Shown piece after piece: positions 28,150 to 43,006 of a stretch of DNA of 64,000 nucleotides; the stretch's first letter is position 1; each line of letters begins with the position of its first letter. The notes below the pieces were generated by a model. It saw only the letters and a program-made list of their open reading frames with translations. It did no database searches and was not told the DNA's origin. The stretch spans positions 23,002,001 through 23,066,000 of the forward strand of contig OX597819.1 of NCBI GenBank assembly GCA_951406725.2, written 5' to 3'. Origin of the DNA: Octopus vulgaris (lineage: Eukaryota). Made by a program: the position numbers and the translations under genes.

Positions 28150-29230
28150 TAAAAATTTGTAGAAATAGCGGGAATAGGAGTTTCCTATAATTAATAATTC
28201 CACATGGTAAGCAGATCAAATCTAACCTCTCTTTCCGGTTTCATGAAGCTACAGAAAATAAATTCCCGCGAAATTCAAGATACTATTCGATTATTAACTC
28301 ACACCGAATTAGGAAAGGTTTTTCTAACAAAAAAAAATCTTTCACAAATCATCTCTTCGCATAATAATAAGTTTTTAAATAAAAATACTAGCATTAATTT
28401 TGATAACTCTAGCCATTCCTTAAATAATAATATTCGTTTTCTTAGTAATTTCTTAGAAACTTTATTTATCAATGTAAAATTACTTCCGGTGCTGACATAT
28501 TTTTTTATATAGGTAGTTCTTCATCTCAGTTGTCCAAAACACTATCTAATCATTACTCTACATTTAGGCATATCAATAAATGTAACAATACAGGGCTTAG
28601 TAAATTAAATCTAGTATCTAGAAGATCATAATGAACAAATTAATTTGGAATGGAATATTCTCCTTATATCTTTACCGTATGATAAATGAAAACATTTCGG
28701 TTTGCTGTGTAATAGTGAGATGTTTTATATTCTATTCTCAAAGAATCCCTTGTAATCCCTTTATAGAACGCGTTCACCGTTGCAAACATAGGCACAAAAT
28801 ATACCTTTAGCTCCTATAAGTGATTTCTACCATTCTATATAATTTGACCTAACATTATCTTCTAACATTTCAATTCCACTAAATATAATATCTAATTCCA
28901 CGCTTTTAAGCTTTATTCTAATTCACTCTATATTTCTGCATTATTAGTTTTCTGCTAATTTTTTCCTTCTCCTTCTCTTTCTATACGCTATCTTTGACGT
29001 TTTATCTACTAACGGTTTTTTTTAGAAAAAAATTAATAGTGTTCCCTTCATTATCATACACAGTCATCACATTCTGTTAAAATGTCTTATTGATGTGTTT
29101 CGTTTCTTTCTTTCCCTGATGAGAAGAATGCATTGTTTTACACAATTGTATTCCTTTTGGCATAATACCAATGTTGTATTTGAAACATGTCGGAAGTAAA
29201 AGAATTTGAATAACAACTGCGTTTAACTCA
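28150..29230 (+). mobile_element. Highly decayed Penelope-like element 3' part
   Basis: NLSQIISSHNNKFL and INLEWNIL..SLPY...LLCNSEMFYIL resemble the PLE linker and GIY-YIG C-terminus. A hammerhead lies downstream. Confidence 0.65.
29112..29195 (+). ncRNA. Type I hammerhead ribozyme motif with long stem II
   Basis: TTCC-CTGATGA...GAAAC-AT-GTC-GGAA. The core is intact; stem II is imperfect. Confidence 0.7.
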
Positions 29231-29380
29231 ATTGATAAATATATATATATATACAACGGGCTTCTTTCAGGTTCCGTCTACCAAGTCGACTCGCAAGGCC
29301 CTGGTCGGCCCGAGGCTAAAGTAGAAGGCACTTGCCCAAAGTGTCACACTGTGGGACTGATCCCGAAACCTGCGCCTATC

Positions 29381-29411
<31 letters not shown>

Positions 29412-29414
29412 TAT

Positions 29415-29489
<75 letters not shown>

Positions 29490-29605
29490 TAAATATATAG
29501 ATATAGATATAGATATATAGATATATATATAGATATATATACATATATTGCTGTATTAAAATATGCTCATTTTCTTTTTTTGCCAAATAAATCCACCCAC
29601 TATAT

Positions 29606-29845
29606 ATTCGTTCTTCCCTCGTTTATTACTGTTTTTATTCTAACTCATGTCCATTGTCTGGAAATCTTTTGTCACACATTTGTGACCTCTTCAGATAACA
29701 TCATAAAAGAACAGAATGGAATAAGCAGAGAAAGAGCACACTCGAAGACGGAAAGTGTCCCTAAGGAGGTCACAGATGTGTGACGAAAGATTTCCGGACA
29801 ATGGCCATGAGTTAGAATAACAACAGTTATAAAGAAATGAACGAA
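29606..29845. repeat. Fold-back unit carrying two inverted hammerhead-like copies (29655-29697 minus; 29756-29800 plus)
   Basis: Arms 29606-29694 / 29761-29845. Plus copy TGTCC-CTAAGGA-GGTCACAGATGTGTGAC-GAAAGATTTCC-GGACA; mirror copy CTGAAGA...AAAAGA. Confidence 0.8.
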
Positions 29846-29969
29846 TTGATTATCCCGAAATAGAGCAACATCCGTTTCAACACACGACTTCACATCAGGA
29901 ATCTAGCAACACAGATTCATAAAATAAACATACATATATAAATATATATATACATATATACATACATAA

Positions 29970-30046
<77 letters not shown>

Positions 30047-30619
30047 TATACATATATATATATATATACATACATATATACATACATATATCTATACATA
30101 CATATATGAAAAAATATATATATATATATCTAATACAGGATGAAGCTTGGAGGATATATCAGCCGAAACATTGTGTTAACAATAAAGAAGATGGGGACAA
30201 ATATCCGTAAAATGTATAAAACTTCTCTGCATCATGATTATACTGAAATGATGGAGGGTTGGTTTATCTAATGTTTATTTCCTTCCATTACAACATGCAT
30301 ATAGTCGTGAACTAAGTGTGCCAGCATTATGACGCCACCAGAAACAGCTGTTGGACTTATAAACACCTTACCTCTTCGTCTTTCATTTTCTCTCTGGGTT
30401 GATTGATTAATATAAGTGTCTATACCTATATACTTAAATGCTCATCATCTGAAAACTCGCAGTCTTTACCTTCTTTCTGTTTCCATGTATGTGTGTGTGT
30501 GTGTGTGTTATAATTTAGAACAAACAGTAAAAGTTTGTCATTATATGTGTGCGTATATATGTACGCATGTATGTATGTATGAATGGATATATAGATTTAT
30601 CATTTGAACATAGATTCAA

Positions 30620-30743
<124 letters not shown>

Positions 30744-30835
30744 GTCTTTTTTGTCCTGTACACATATATGCGTGTATATGTACATGTAGAGGTAGGTACG
30801 TACATATATGTTTATATATATGCATATATTTTATT

Positions 30836-30877
<42 letters not shown>

Positions 30878-31479
30878 CTTGTGTGTGTTTGTGTGTCTGT
30901 GTGTATATGTGTGTCTTTCTGTGTTTCTGTGTGTAGGTATGTATGTACGCATCTTTTTATGTATATATGCCAAGCAAATATCACCTATCAGTAGTCAGAC
31001 AATAGGCAGACGTATTAAAGGAGAAAGGAAAAGAAAATGCGAAATGGTAACACTGAGACAGTGGTAAAATTCTTAGTCGAACGATTCTTAGAAAATACAC
31101 TTTCCTTAAAACACTATTGACTTTTAAATTCCGATGCAAGTTACTGCTACTTCTACAAATACATAAAATGATGAACATACCACTTCATGATATTTGATTG
31201 GTGGCATTTGTTTCTACTTATTAAAAGCAATGCTATGAATATTTCTCAAATGTATGTGTATCAAGTTTACTGTACTGAATATAAATAACTAAAAATATAT
31301 TGCATTTTAAAGAGATGTGACTATGTAATAAAATAAAAATATATTATTTTTCATGTAGTTTCCTATAATTGTCTACATATTTTGAATGACTTTCGTATGG
31401 CTATATTCCCCGTTATCCCCAGTTTATGTGTAGTTATATAGCCCTAACTATTTTTACTAATATATGTACAGGGTATGAT

Positions 31480-31892
31480 ACTTTGAGGAATGGTGATAGT
31501 CGATTCTATCACCCAACTGCTCAGCTGGTACTTACTTTATTGGCCTCGAAATGATGAAATGCTTTTTTGAGCTCGGTGAAATTTGAAATCAGACCGTAAA
31601 GAACCGGAAGAATAGAACGTAAGGAGTAATACGCGTTTTGTTTGACGCGGTAACGATTCTTATTTCTTTATTGACCACAAGAGGCTAAACATAGATGGGA
31701 CAAAGAAAGACAGTCAAAGGGATTAAGTCGATTACATCGACCCCAGTGCGTAACTAGTATTTAATTTATCGACCCCGAAATGATAAAAGGCAAAGTCGAA
31801 CTCGGCGGAATTTGAACTCAGAACGTAACGGCAGACGAAATCCCGCTAAGCATTTCGCCTGGCGTGCTAACGATTCTACCAGCTCGTCGCTT
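31480..31892 (-). mobile_element. SINE family A dimer (younger Tx1-tailed unit joined to an old copy)
   Basis: Tail TTTCTTTATTGACCACAAGAGGCTAAAC at ~31662. An older diverged middle domain lies at 31480-31660. Confidence 0.85.
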
Positions 31893-32070
31893 TATACAGT
31901 TCTAGATATGGAAAGAAAGTTTCCCCAGCATTAATAGTATCTTTGCGTATATTTAATGATTCGAACTCCTACATTTGTAATCTAAATCCATAGATTATCG
32001 GTGATAATTCTTGGTTAGTTAACGTGCGAGGGCTGCTATAAATATAATGATGTTGTAGAAAAGATAGTAC

Positions 32071-32556
32071 AGGCGGTGACGTGGCTATGTGCTAAGAAGC
32101 TTACCTCTCAACCACATGGTTCCGAGTTCAGTTCCACTACATGACACCCTGGGCAAGTGTTTTCTACTATAGCGTCGGGCCGACCAAAATCTTGTGAATT
32201 GATTTGGTAGACGGAAACTGAAAGAAGCTCGTCGTACATATGTGTCTTTTTGTGTGTTTTCCCCTGAAACAGCTTGACAATTGTTGTTGGTTTGCTTATG
32301 CCTTTGTCACCAAGCCGTTCAGCAAAAAGAGAACGACGGAATCCTTTTATTCTTTCTTTTACTCGTTTCACCCATTTGACCGCTGCCATGCTGGAGCACC
32401 GTCTTTAGTCGAACAAATTGACCCCAGGACTTGTGTTTTATAAGCCTATTAATTATTCTATCACTGACTTTTGCCGAACCACTAAGTTACGGGGACGAAA
32501 ACAGACCAGCATCGGTTGTCCAGCGATGGTGGGGACGAACACAGACACGTAAATAC

Positions 32557-32603
<47 letters not shown>

Positions 32604-32735
32604 ACAGGCTTCTTTCAGTTTCCGTCTACCAAATCCACTCACAAGGCTTCTACTATAGCCTGAAGCTATAGCAGAAGGCACTTGCCCAAGGTACCACGCA
32701 GTGGGACTGAACACGGAGCCATGTGGCTGGGAGGC
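32071..32735. mobile_element. Two SINE family B copies tail-to-tail (32071-32340 plus; 32345-32735 minus)
   Basis: CCTGGGCAAGTG / CACTTGCCCAAGG CORE-like motif and GTAGACGGAAACTGAAAGAAGC occur in opposite orientations. Confidence 0.85.
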
Positions 32736-32754
32736 TTTAAAAAGAAACAAATAC

Positions 32755-32968
32755 TATTTTCTACTCTAGGCACACGGCCCGAAATTTTGGAGGAGGGGTC
32801 AGTCGATCAGATCGGCCGCAGTTCGTAACTGGTAATTAATTCATCAACTCCGAAAGGATGAAAGGCAAAGTCGACCTCGGCGGAATTTGAACTCAGAACA
32901 TAAAAACAGACGAATTAATACTAAGCATTTCGCCCGGCGTGCTAACGTTTCTGCCAGCTCACTGCCTT
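32755..32968 (-). mobile_element. SINE family A monomer
   Basis: Head, B box and middle domain are present. AAAAAGAAACAAATACT is duplicated on both sides. Confidence 0.85.
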
Positions 32969-34805
32969 AAAAAGAAACAAATACTGGGATCGATTCGTTC
33001 TTTCTAGGCTGTGCTCCAGCATGGCCGCGGTCTAATGAGTAAAACAAATAAAAGGTAAAAGATACTATCTTATTTGTAGCTTAGCCTACCGAAAGAGCTC
33101 TGGCAGAAAATAAATAAAACACAAAAACAAGTATAAATAAATATAGAACAAGAAATAATATTGCTCTCTTCTGTTGGGATAACGTGTCAAAATATTGATG
33201 ATTGTCTGAGAGATGTGATGTCATTGGGTCCTTTTGAAATTTAGGAGCTAGAAATGAAATATTAAAAATCTAATCGTAAAGAAATAATAATTACACAAAC
33301 TAAAATTATAATTAAAGTTTAGACTGTAGGACACAGTGGGAATTGTCGAAAATAGAAAAAAGAAAAAGTGAAGCATTTTGAGTATTAGAAAAATTGAGAA
33401 ATTAAAGTAGATAGATCGATAGATAGATTAAAAAGTAGATATATATAAAAAATTTGAAGGTTGTAGGAAAGATGAAGCAGATGTGAATGAGATATAGAAA
33501 GTTAAGGGAAAGAGATGATTGATGTCGAAAACGATCATCGAAAACATGGCTGACGTGTATATAAAAATAATATCAGTGAGTGTGCAGAGGTGGTAACGTA
33601 TGACTAAAAGTAAGATACGGAAAACTAATCGAAAAATGAAATGAAAAAAAAATTGGAAGCTGAAAGAGAAGTGACAGTAGAGAGATATGGTAACTAATGA
33701 AAGACAAAAAGATATTGTAGTTAATGAAAGAGAGAGTGAAGAGATGTAATAGAAAAAGTGAGAGAGAGAGAGAGAGAGTGAAAGTGAAAGTAGTTGAAAG
33801 CAAAATAAAGAGAGAGAGAGAGAATAAAGATATATGGTAGATAGTGGAAGATAGAAAAGAGGTGATTTTGGTTTCATGACAGTTTATCTGATTTGAAAAC
33901 TTAAGACATGCTACAAGATTAACTGGTAATTTTGGATTTAGCTGCCATAGCCGAGATTGTCAGTTATCTAAGATTCACTGCTCTCTGAAGAGCAGGATAT
34001 GAACGTTCAATTGGAAGCTTGGCACGCTTACTCATTTACACACGCACACACATACAGACAAATTCCCTCTCCCTCCTTCCCCCTCTCTCTTTCTGTCACA
34101 CACATGCATTCTCACACACACACACACACACACATACACACACACACGCCCACTTACATATTAGTATTCAGAGATGAATATGAACACTGGAAAAAATATA
34201 TTTTGTAGTGGATATATACACAAAATGGTATAAGTATTTAATGAAATGAACTTTAGACGATTCTTTTTTTCGGTAAGCACATATTTAGCTATACCGTGAA
34301 GATAAATCATGATTAAGTCAAGTTCTTTTATTTATTTTTTTTTTTTTCGTCTTTTGTGGCCAGAAATAAAGATTAATGTCATAAATTTCAACTTTTGTTA
34401 AAGATTCATCAAACAACCGCTATTTATTGTTGGTCACTCAAAATAGTCACTTATAGATATTCATGATATATTCACACTTGGCCATATTAAATTTCACACA
34501 TTGCGAGACGTTTCGAAAATGTGCAAACTTAACTGGGCTGATGTGTTTTAATTATTCAATAAACACACTCTATAGTAAATGTGTATTAAAATTTAAAAAA
34601 AACAGTATACATACAATACACGCACACACACATACATACACGCACATATATATATACATATATATGAGAGGTATTGGTATCCAGGAGACCCAAGGTGGCA
34701 GGAAAGGCTATGTAAGTGATATGGAAGGATGGAAGGACTGTAGTTAAATTCTCGGTTCGATAATAATACGAGTGAGGTGTCTAATACGGGTCTTGTATGA
34801 GCACG

Positions 34806-35042
34806 TATATGTTAAGTAAGATGAGACAACAAAGCCGAGGCTGTGTGGGAATTTCAGGACATTTATAAAGAGGAAATTTGTATTACAGCTGTTTTTATTT
34901 CCCTCTATTTAACCATTTCACATCGTCTCTGATGAAGGGATACCCCTAATGTCCCAGAAACAGCTGTAAGACTTTCTCTATATAAATGTCCGGAAAATTC
35001 CACACATCCTTGCCTTTGTTGTCTTATTTTATTTAACATATA
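34806..35042. repeat. Fold-back unit with ~87-bp inverted arms around a hammerhead
   Basis: 34806-34893 is an imperfect reverse complement of 34958-35042. Confidence 0.85.
34925..34972 (+). ncRNA. Minimal type I hammerhead ribozyme with intact core
   Basis: GTCT-CTGATGA-A-GGGATA-CCCCTAA-TGTCCC-A-GAAAC-AGCT-GTA^AGAC; predicted cleavage after 34968. Confidence 0.85.
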
Positions 35043-35079
35043 CATGCATTTACACCTACAGATATACTTAGCTAGACAG

Positions 35080-35393
<314 letters not shown>

Positions 35394-35599
35394 AGAGAAG
35401 CTTATAATATCGTTAGCACGTCGGACAAAATGCTTAGTACAATTTACCGGATCTTTACGATTTGAATGTCAATACAGCCAAGGACAAAATTTCTCCATGC
35501 TCACGAGGTTGATGAAATAAAGTACCAGTCAAATACTGTGAGCGATAGAATCGGCAAACCTCTCCACTAACATTGCTGGCCTTGTTTCAAAATTTGAAA

Positions 35600-35885
35600 C
35601 CCGTGTCCATATATGTGTCTCGCTTGCTCACGAAAGATGAAAAGCCACGACTGAATGCATGTCGTGAACTAAAAGAACAGCTGGAAGCTGCTCTGGATCC
35701 TTTTACGAAGGTCATCACTGGTCAATACAGAGGTCATAAAGAAAGCTGGTGCAATGGTTATGACCCGGAAACGAAGCAACAATCAAGTCAGTGGAAGCAC
35801 TCGAAGTCGCCACACCCCGCAAAAGTGCGTCAAATGAAGTCCAATGTCAGGACGATACTGATTTGTTTTATCGATGTGAAGTCAA
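35600..35885 (+). pseudogene. mariner-type transposase fragment
   Basis: VSRLLT...RLNACREL...KVITG...ESW...YDPETKQQSSQWKH..SP.P.KVRQMKS. Confidence 0.85.
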
Positions 35886-36148
35886 TATGCATTCTATTGC
35901 CAATCAATAAAAGCTCGTAGCTCTAATTCAAAAGGCCAGATTCATCAATCACCCTATGACACTGATTTCGCTTGAGAATTACGGGAAGGGTTCACTTGTC
36001 TATAGAATACTTCGCCATCGATTCATTAATACAGTTAACAGGGAATTCATCTAATCGATCTAGTGCATATGCATAATCGAATTCGAAATAGTCTCACTAA
36101 ACATACACGTGCACTCACACGCAAATACACACACACACACACACAAAT

Positions 36149-36207
<59 letters not shown>

Positions 36208-36265
36208 TAAACATACATATATATATACATATACAAATATATATATATATGTATATATATATATA

Positions 36266-36304
<39 letters not shown>

Positions 36305-36308
36305 TTTA

Positions 36309-36933
36309 AGGATAATATCGATATTTAAAAATCGATCTTATCAAGTGGCCAGCATGGGAATAAATACCTTACAATGGTAATAATTATTTAAAACTATAAA
36401 TTAGGGTATGTGAGAGATACCACCATGCTGAAATAGCAGTTAAATCTCTGACCCTAAAGCCACCTTAAATGTTCATATCGCGCTAGGGGAGAAGACAGAG
36501 AGACAAAATAAACTATCAGAAAAAACTTTTCTGGATAATTTAAGATGGTGGATTTCTGGCTTTGCATAAGAGAAGCTCTGCCTTCGTCAGTTGAATATAC
36601 CAGTTAAGCACATAAATACATACACACACATATATATATATATATATACAGAACATGCGTTATACTTACATATACGAACGCTCATACATACATATATGTG
36701 CACGTATGTACAAGACCAGCTTAAATTGCCTGCCTAACAGCTCCACGCGCGATATGGTCAAAATAAGCACCGCAGTGAATACAATGACGAAATATATAAA
36801 TTTATTAAAAAAAAAACAGGATAATATCGATATTTAAATATCAATCTTATCAAGTGGCCAACATGGGAATAAATACCTTACAAAGGTAATAATTATTTAA
36901 AAGTATAAATTAGGGTGGTATCTCTCAGATACC

Positions 36934-36937
<4 letters not shown>
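36309..36937. repeat. ~98-bp direct repeat pair (36309-36407; 36818-36916) with a 24-bp inverted repeat
   Basis: AGGATAATATCGATATTTAAA...AAATTAGGGT occurs twice. 36401-36424 is inverted at 36914-36937. Confidence 0.8.
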
Positions 36938-37007
<70 letters not shown>

Positions 37008-37376
37008 TATATACACATGTATATATATATGCATGCGTGTATGTATGTATATGTGTATGTATTGGTTTAAAACATTGACAATAATTTAGAACAAGTTTGT
37101 AAAGAAAGGCGTACTTAAAACAAAATAGGAAAAGATAAACAATAAGGTAAAACTGATACAAATAAATATTCTCAAATGCACGAAGGAAAGGGAAATAAAG
37201 CTTCTTCGTCTGGAAGGAAGCCAAACTATATAAGCGAGATTGGGATAAAAAAGACACTTGTTCTGAGAATGGAAATGGGATTTAGCTAATTATATTTTTA
37301 AACTATATAAACTCGATTAAAACAGGTTTATATAATCCACTTTTATTTCGTTGACAACCAAGGTTTCTGTAAAATG

Positions 37377-37756
37377 TGTGGAAGCATTCTGTTGGTTACG
37401 ACGATGAGGGTTCCGGTTGATCAACGGAACAGCCTGCTCGTGAAATTAACGTGTAAGTGGCTGAGCACTCCACAGACACGTGTACCCTTAACGTAGTTTT
37501 CGGGGATATTCAGCGTGACACAGAGAGTGACAAGGCCGGCCCCTTGAAATACAGGTACAACAGAAACAGGAAGTAAGAGTGAGAGAAAGTTGTGGTGAAA
37601 GAGTACAGCAGGGATCACCACCATCCCCTGTCGGAGCCTCGTGGAGCTTTTAGGTGTTTTCGCTCAATAAACACTCATAACGCCCGGTCTGGGAATCGAA
37701 ACCACGAACCTATGACCGCGAGTCCGCTGCCCTAACCACTGGGCCATTGCGCCTCC
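37377..37756 (-). mobile_element. tRNA-headed SINE family C with 11-bp TSD
   Basis: Head GGAGGCGCAATGGCCCAGTGGTTAGGGC...GGTTTCGATTCCC. TCTGTAAAATG at 37366 and 37757. Confidence 0.9.
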
Positions 37757-38184
37757 TCTGTAAAATGATATCTAACGTGACTCGTAGTCGAATAAAGCAA
37801 AATTCCCCAGCAATACCCGAGAAGACCAGAGAAGAGAATTTCAGCTGTTTTTTTTTTTTGGTTGTAGTATAAGATGAAATTCAACAAATTATAACATTGT
37901 CCAAAGAAATGAGATTATAAAATGGAAAAAATATGGATAAAAATGTGGATAAAATACGATCATAGCGAAATATCGGTATCCACCACTTTTGGATTCGGTC
38001 TGAGGCTTTTTGTTTTCTCGCCTGGTCAATGAATTTCAAGTGTTTTATTAGGGAACGTCCTCAAACGCTTTCCCACAGCAAATTCAGCGAGTAAGCAAAA
38101 CGCTTACATTGTGTATGATGCAATCGATGCTTGTCTGTGTGTGTGTGTGTGTCTTTCTGTCTGTCTGTCTGTAAGTATCTATGT

Positions 38185-38553
38185 GGATGATGGTGGAAGC
38201 ACTCCGTTGGTTACGACGATGAGGGTTCCGGTTGATCCGAATCAACGGAACAGCCTGATCGTGAAATTAACGTGTAAGTGGCTGAGCACTCCACAGACAC
38301 GTGCACCCTTAACGTAGTTCTCGGGGATATTCAGCGTGACACAGAGAGTGAAATACAGGTACAACAGAAACAGGAAGTAAGAGTGAGAGAAGGTTGTGGT
38401 GAAAACGTACAGCAGAGATCACCTGCCGGAGCCTCGTGGAGCTTTTAGGTGTTTTCGCTCAATAAACACTCATAACGCCCGGTCTGGGAATCGAAACCAC
38501 GATCCTATGACCGCGAGTCCGCTGCCCTAACCACTGGGCCATTGCGCCTCCAC
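38185..38553 (-). mobile_element. SINE family C with 12-bp TSD
   Basis: Close match to the 37377 copy. AAGTATCTATGT at 38173 and 38554. Confidence 0.9.
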
Positions 38554-39108
38554 AAGTATCTATGTATGTATGTATGTACGTATGTTTCTGTCTGTCTGCC
38601 TTTCTAACTGCGTTTGTCACATCTCTATTGAATAACAACCGCTGTTGTTTCGTTTACTACCCCATAACTTCAGCAGAACAGATACAATTAGGACCATACA
38701 TAAAAAAAAAATAACATAAGTACTGAGGCTGATTTGTCCGACCGAAACCAAAAAACAAAAAAAACACTTCAAAGTTTTGCCCCAGCATGGCCGCAGCCCA
38801 ATAAATGTAGCAAGTGAAGAATAGATGATAGAACGTGGAGGTGTTTTAGGAATATTAAAAACAAATACAAAACGTAGATTAAATTATGGGGTATTTACAT
38901 GTATACACAGCATGTACAGAATTACTCAACTAGACACAGGGAAATAATATTAGGCAGTGTTGTAATCGCAATGGATAAAGAATGCAGGAAAAAAAACAGA
39001 AAAACAGGACAAAACTGTATGTAATGCAAACATGCAGAGATGCTGTGTGTGGTGAAGCGATAGCATGCGTTAACATGAAAACTCTAGGAATACTAATAAC
39101 AATATATG

Positions 39109-39174
<66 letters not shown>

Positions 39175-39284
39175 ATGGCGGAGGTGGTGGGGGTGTGGGT
39201 AGTGGTGGTAATGGCGTCGGAGGAGGAGGAGGAGGAGGAGGGGAAGGAGAAAAATCATTTGTTTTCTTTCCATCAAAATGATAT

Positions 39285-39680
39285 ATGTGTATGTATGTAT
39301 GTATGTATGTATGTATGTATGTATGTTTGTATAAGTATGTAGTTATGTATCTATGTATGTATGCATGTATGTATGTATGTATGTATGTATGCATGTATGT
39401 ATGTATGCATGTATGTATGTATGTATAAGTATGTATGCATGTATGTATGTATGTATGTATGCATGTATGTATGTATGTATGCATGTATGTATGTATGTAT
39501 AAGTATGTATGCATGTATGTATGTATGTATATGTATGTATGTATGTATAAGTATGTATGTATGTATGCATGTATGCATGTATGTATGTATGTATGTATGT
39601 ATAAGTATGTATGTATGTATGTATGTATGTATGTATGTATGTATGTATGTATGTATGTATAAGTATGTATGCATGTATTA
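39285..39680. repeat. (TATG)n microsatellite with variant units
   Basis: Read directly from the sequence. Confidence 0.95.
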
Positions 39681-42600
39681 ATGTATGAATGTATGTTTGT
39701 GGTTGCACAGGCGTGGGTATTAAAAACAATCATAGTCTTTGTGAAGGCGAAGATGTTTAGGTTTTAATAAATATATCAATGTTGGCAACGATGCATGTTA
39801 TGGCGTTCGTGTGGGCTCCTCTCCGTCTCTATTAATCATTTGATGTGATAAAGAAAGCTGTAAAAATTCCGTGTTATTGTGAGAAAGATAAAAAAAATGA
39901 GCAACACAATGATGAAACATGCAGGCATTTGGAGTAGTTTAACTTCATAAATTAGAATCAGTAATGCTAAAGGACTAACACTACAAGCGCTAACATATCT
40001 GCTGTTTAGATTATCACGAACAAAGAACGTGAGCTGATTGAACAAAGAGCCAAATTTTCATTTCTTTTCCATCGTAACAGATCATAGTCGTATAGGATTG
40101 GCTATTCGATGGTTTTATTCTGACGTAAGAAATTATTGCTATTAAAGCATTTTATTAAAAACTTGTAAGAAATCATTATCACGATGCCTTATATATATTC
40201 ATTTTTAATTTGTTCTGACGCCTTCGAACATAAATATACTAATCACTGTTGTGTTTCGTCATACGAAAACAACCTCTCCTTTACGACGACGAAACGTGTG
40301 TTGATAACACACGCGATTCATTAGTACAAAGACGTTCTAATACTAATAAATTTAGTGTGTTATGAATACACATCAGTCTGAAAGATGTTATTATTCTATG
40401 ACGAAACAAACAGCAATTTGTATATTCACGCTCGAATCTGTCGGAACGTAGTAAGAGTGAATATTCAAGCCCTTGCTTTGAGTTTCGCAGTTCATCGGGT
40501 ACAGGACGATTTAAAATCAATAACTGTTTAAGTATTAACACCTGCAGATAGAGTTTATAATATAAATAGAATGTACTCGTCATACTTAAGAGTATAATTT
40601 TGCCACCTTTGCTAACAGCATGAAATATGATATTCATGCAATAAGAGCAAGAAAGACATCCATGCCATAATGATATTTTTATTTTCATCAAATTATTTGG
40701 TGATTATATAAAGTGATAAATTGAATACTAATTTTCAAATAAAAAATAATTTTGCCTTAAAATAAAATAAGATAAATATCACATATGTGTATTTGCAATA
40801 AATACATGGTATTATTTTTCTGAATTTTACCAACATAATTCAGATCTACTCCATCTGAAACCTATCGTTGCAAAATTCCATTAAAATATGTACCGTTATC
40901 TGAAAGGCATCATTGCCTGCCATCAAGTCTCTTATGCGCACTCATCCTGCATCTTTTATCTATTATACTCTCTTTATATCTCTTTTTTATTCTCTTTCCC
41001 TCACTCTCTATAAGATGTAAAGCTTTACTGGCGATATGAACCAACCAGCCAACCGACCAACCAACTAACCAGCGAACCAAACCACATTTATATCGGCTAT
41101 TATTATACATTGAGATTAAGTGATCCATATTGTGAGTGTTAATGCTGTTAGCCATGAAGTGGTATCGGAGAAAAACCGCTGATGCTATTTGGTTTTAACT
41201 TACTATTCTCTCTGGAATTCTTAGGCAATATTGCCATATATTTGATGACGATTTTCCGTTAGTGAGCACAGTCTGATATTATGTTTGTTACGAATGTGAC
41301 CGTAAGATAAATTAATCACCGTAAAGCTTTCCTATCCGTATTTACGCTACTGCTCCATCTGAAGCGTAGTGCACTTACTTCGTATTCTACCCTTTGGTTA
41401 AGAAACTAAATCTTTCAATTGATAAATACTTAAATTTCTGTAGAAAAATTGGGTTATCAGAGACATTCGCTCATTCATTTTCCCTCACATTTATTTTAAC
41501 CCTTTCCAATGTTATCCGAATTAACAAGAGACAGACATATTTATCCTGTAGTACTTCATGGCTTTTCGTAGCACTTTCCTTCTTTTCTTCTACAACTTGC
41601 GTCTATAATTTTTGAAATTTAAAGAAATTTTACTTTTTTTCAAACATATGAGGATTGAGAGCCAAGTAAGAAGAAAAAATTCGAACGAATTTATCTGACA
41701 ACACAATATTTATGAATTTCGTTCTCATCAGATATGTAGAAACCTATATTCTTTGCATTTGAAAGTGTGACTACAAACTGGCAGAAACGAAATATATCTA
41801 TATACGAAATTATTACTGCTGCGAATCATTTAAGCTAATTAGGCTGTTTTGTTTTGCTTCTTCATTTAAAAAATGCTTCCTTATTCTTTCAAATCCCCAA
41901 ACATCATACGCACCTATGAATGCATGCAAATATGTATACATATTTGGAAACATGCGCAAAAGTACATAATACTGTGTGTGTGCACGCACGAGTGCGTGTG
42001 AGTGGAATTTTCATAGGGTATGAAGGAAAACAACTCACAAATTATGCGTTCTAAGATCCAATGGCGTCATACATATCCCTAAAAAATGTGTTTTCACAAA
42101 CGTCTAGGCGGAGAATTTTCTTCCGAGTCTATCTCCGCAGCGGAAAGTCGTATCACGTCCGAATGCTAACAAAAATTTTCAATATGACTTTGCATGAATA
42201 ATTCATTCAACGCTGTTTCAATCGGCATTGTTTACTCACATGCAAAGAAACACTTTTGCATATTTATCATATTTTAACAATACCTTTGATGGCTCGAAGC
42301 CATAATCATTTAGTCAACTATGTTACCAATGATTTTTGGGAACCTCAATCACTGTAGATTGATACTAAGACAACCATTTCTCCCTCCAGCATTCTCAATA
42401 ATGAAAGGTAGAAATCTAAAGAAAAGCAGCTCCAGTTTTCTCGTCAGCTCGGAATAAGTGTCTTTTTTTAACTAATTTTTAACGTTATGTTAATACGTGC
42501 TGATCAATTGATTTCAACTACCACACATAATTTCTTTTCTGTCCTCGACCATTAATTCTACTTGTCACTTTTAGAAGTTGCGACAAGGCATTCAACCAAT

Positions 42601-42854
42601 ATTCTTTCATCTTATGAGTAATCTTGCTCTATACACTAATGTATATTCTAATGTTTGCTGGTTTGAGATTATCCTTTCAACGGATTTCCTTGACATTTTC
42701 CTCCACCTACTTATAACCTGGGTGACATCGTCAGCGTTAATTTTGCAAAATCAGCACAAGTGTATGCATTGATACACGTATGTGGTATGGGTACTTACAT
42801 TTACCTATCATTCCATCTATCTGTCAAACTGTAAGTCTATCTATCTCTCCATCC

Positions 42855-42918
<64 letters not shown>

Positions 42919-42937
42919 CTCTCTCTCTCTCTCTCTC

Positions 42938-43006
<69 letters not shown>

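Noticed and set aside
37680-38553. Functional tRNA genes at SINE heads
   Set aside because: A/B boxes are present, but the cloverleafs are imperfect and run into SINE bodies with TSDs.
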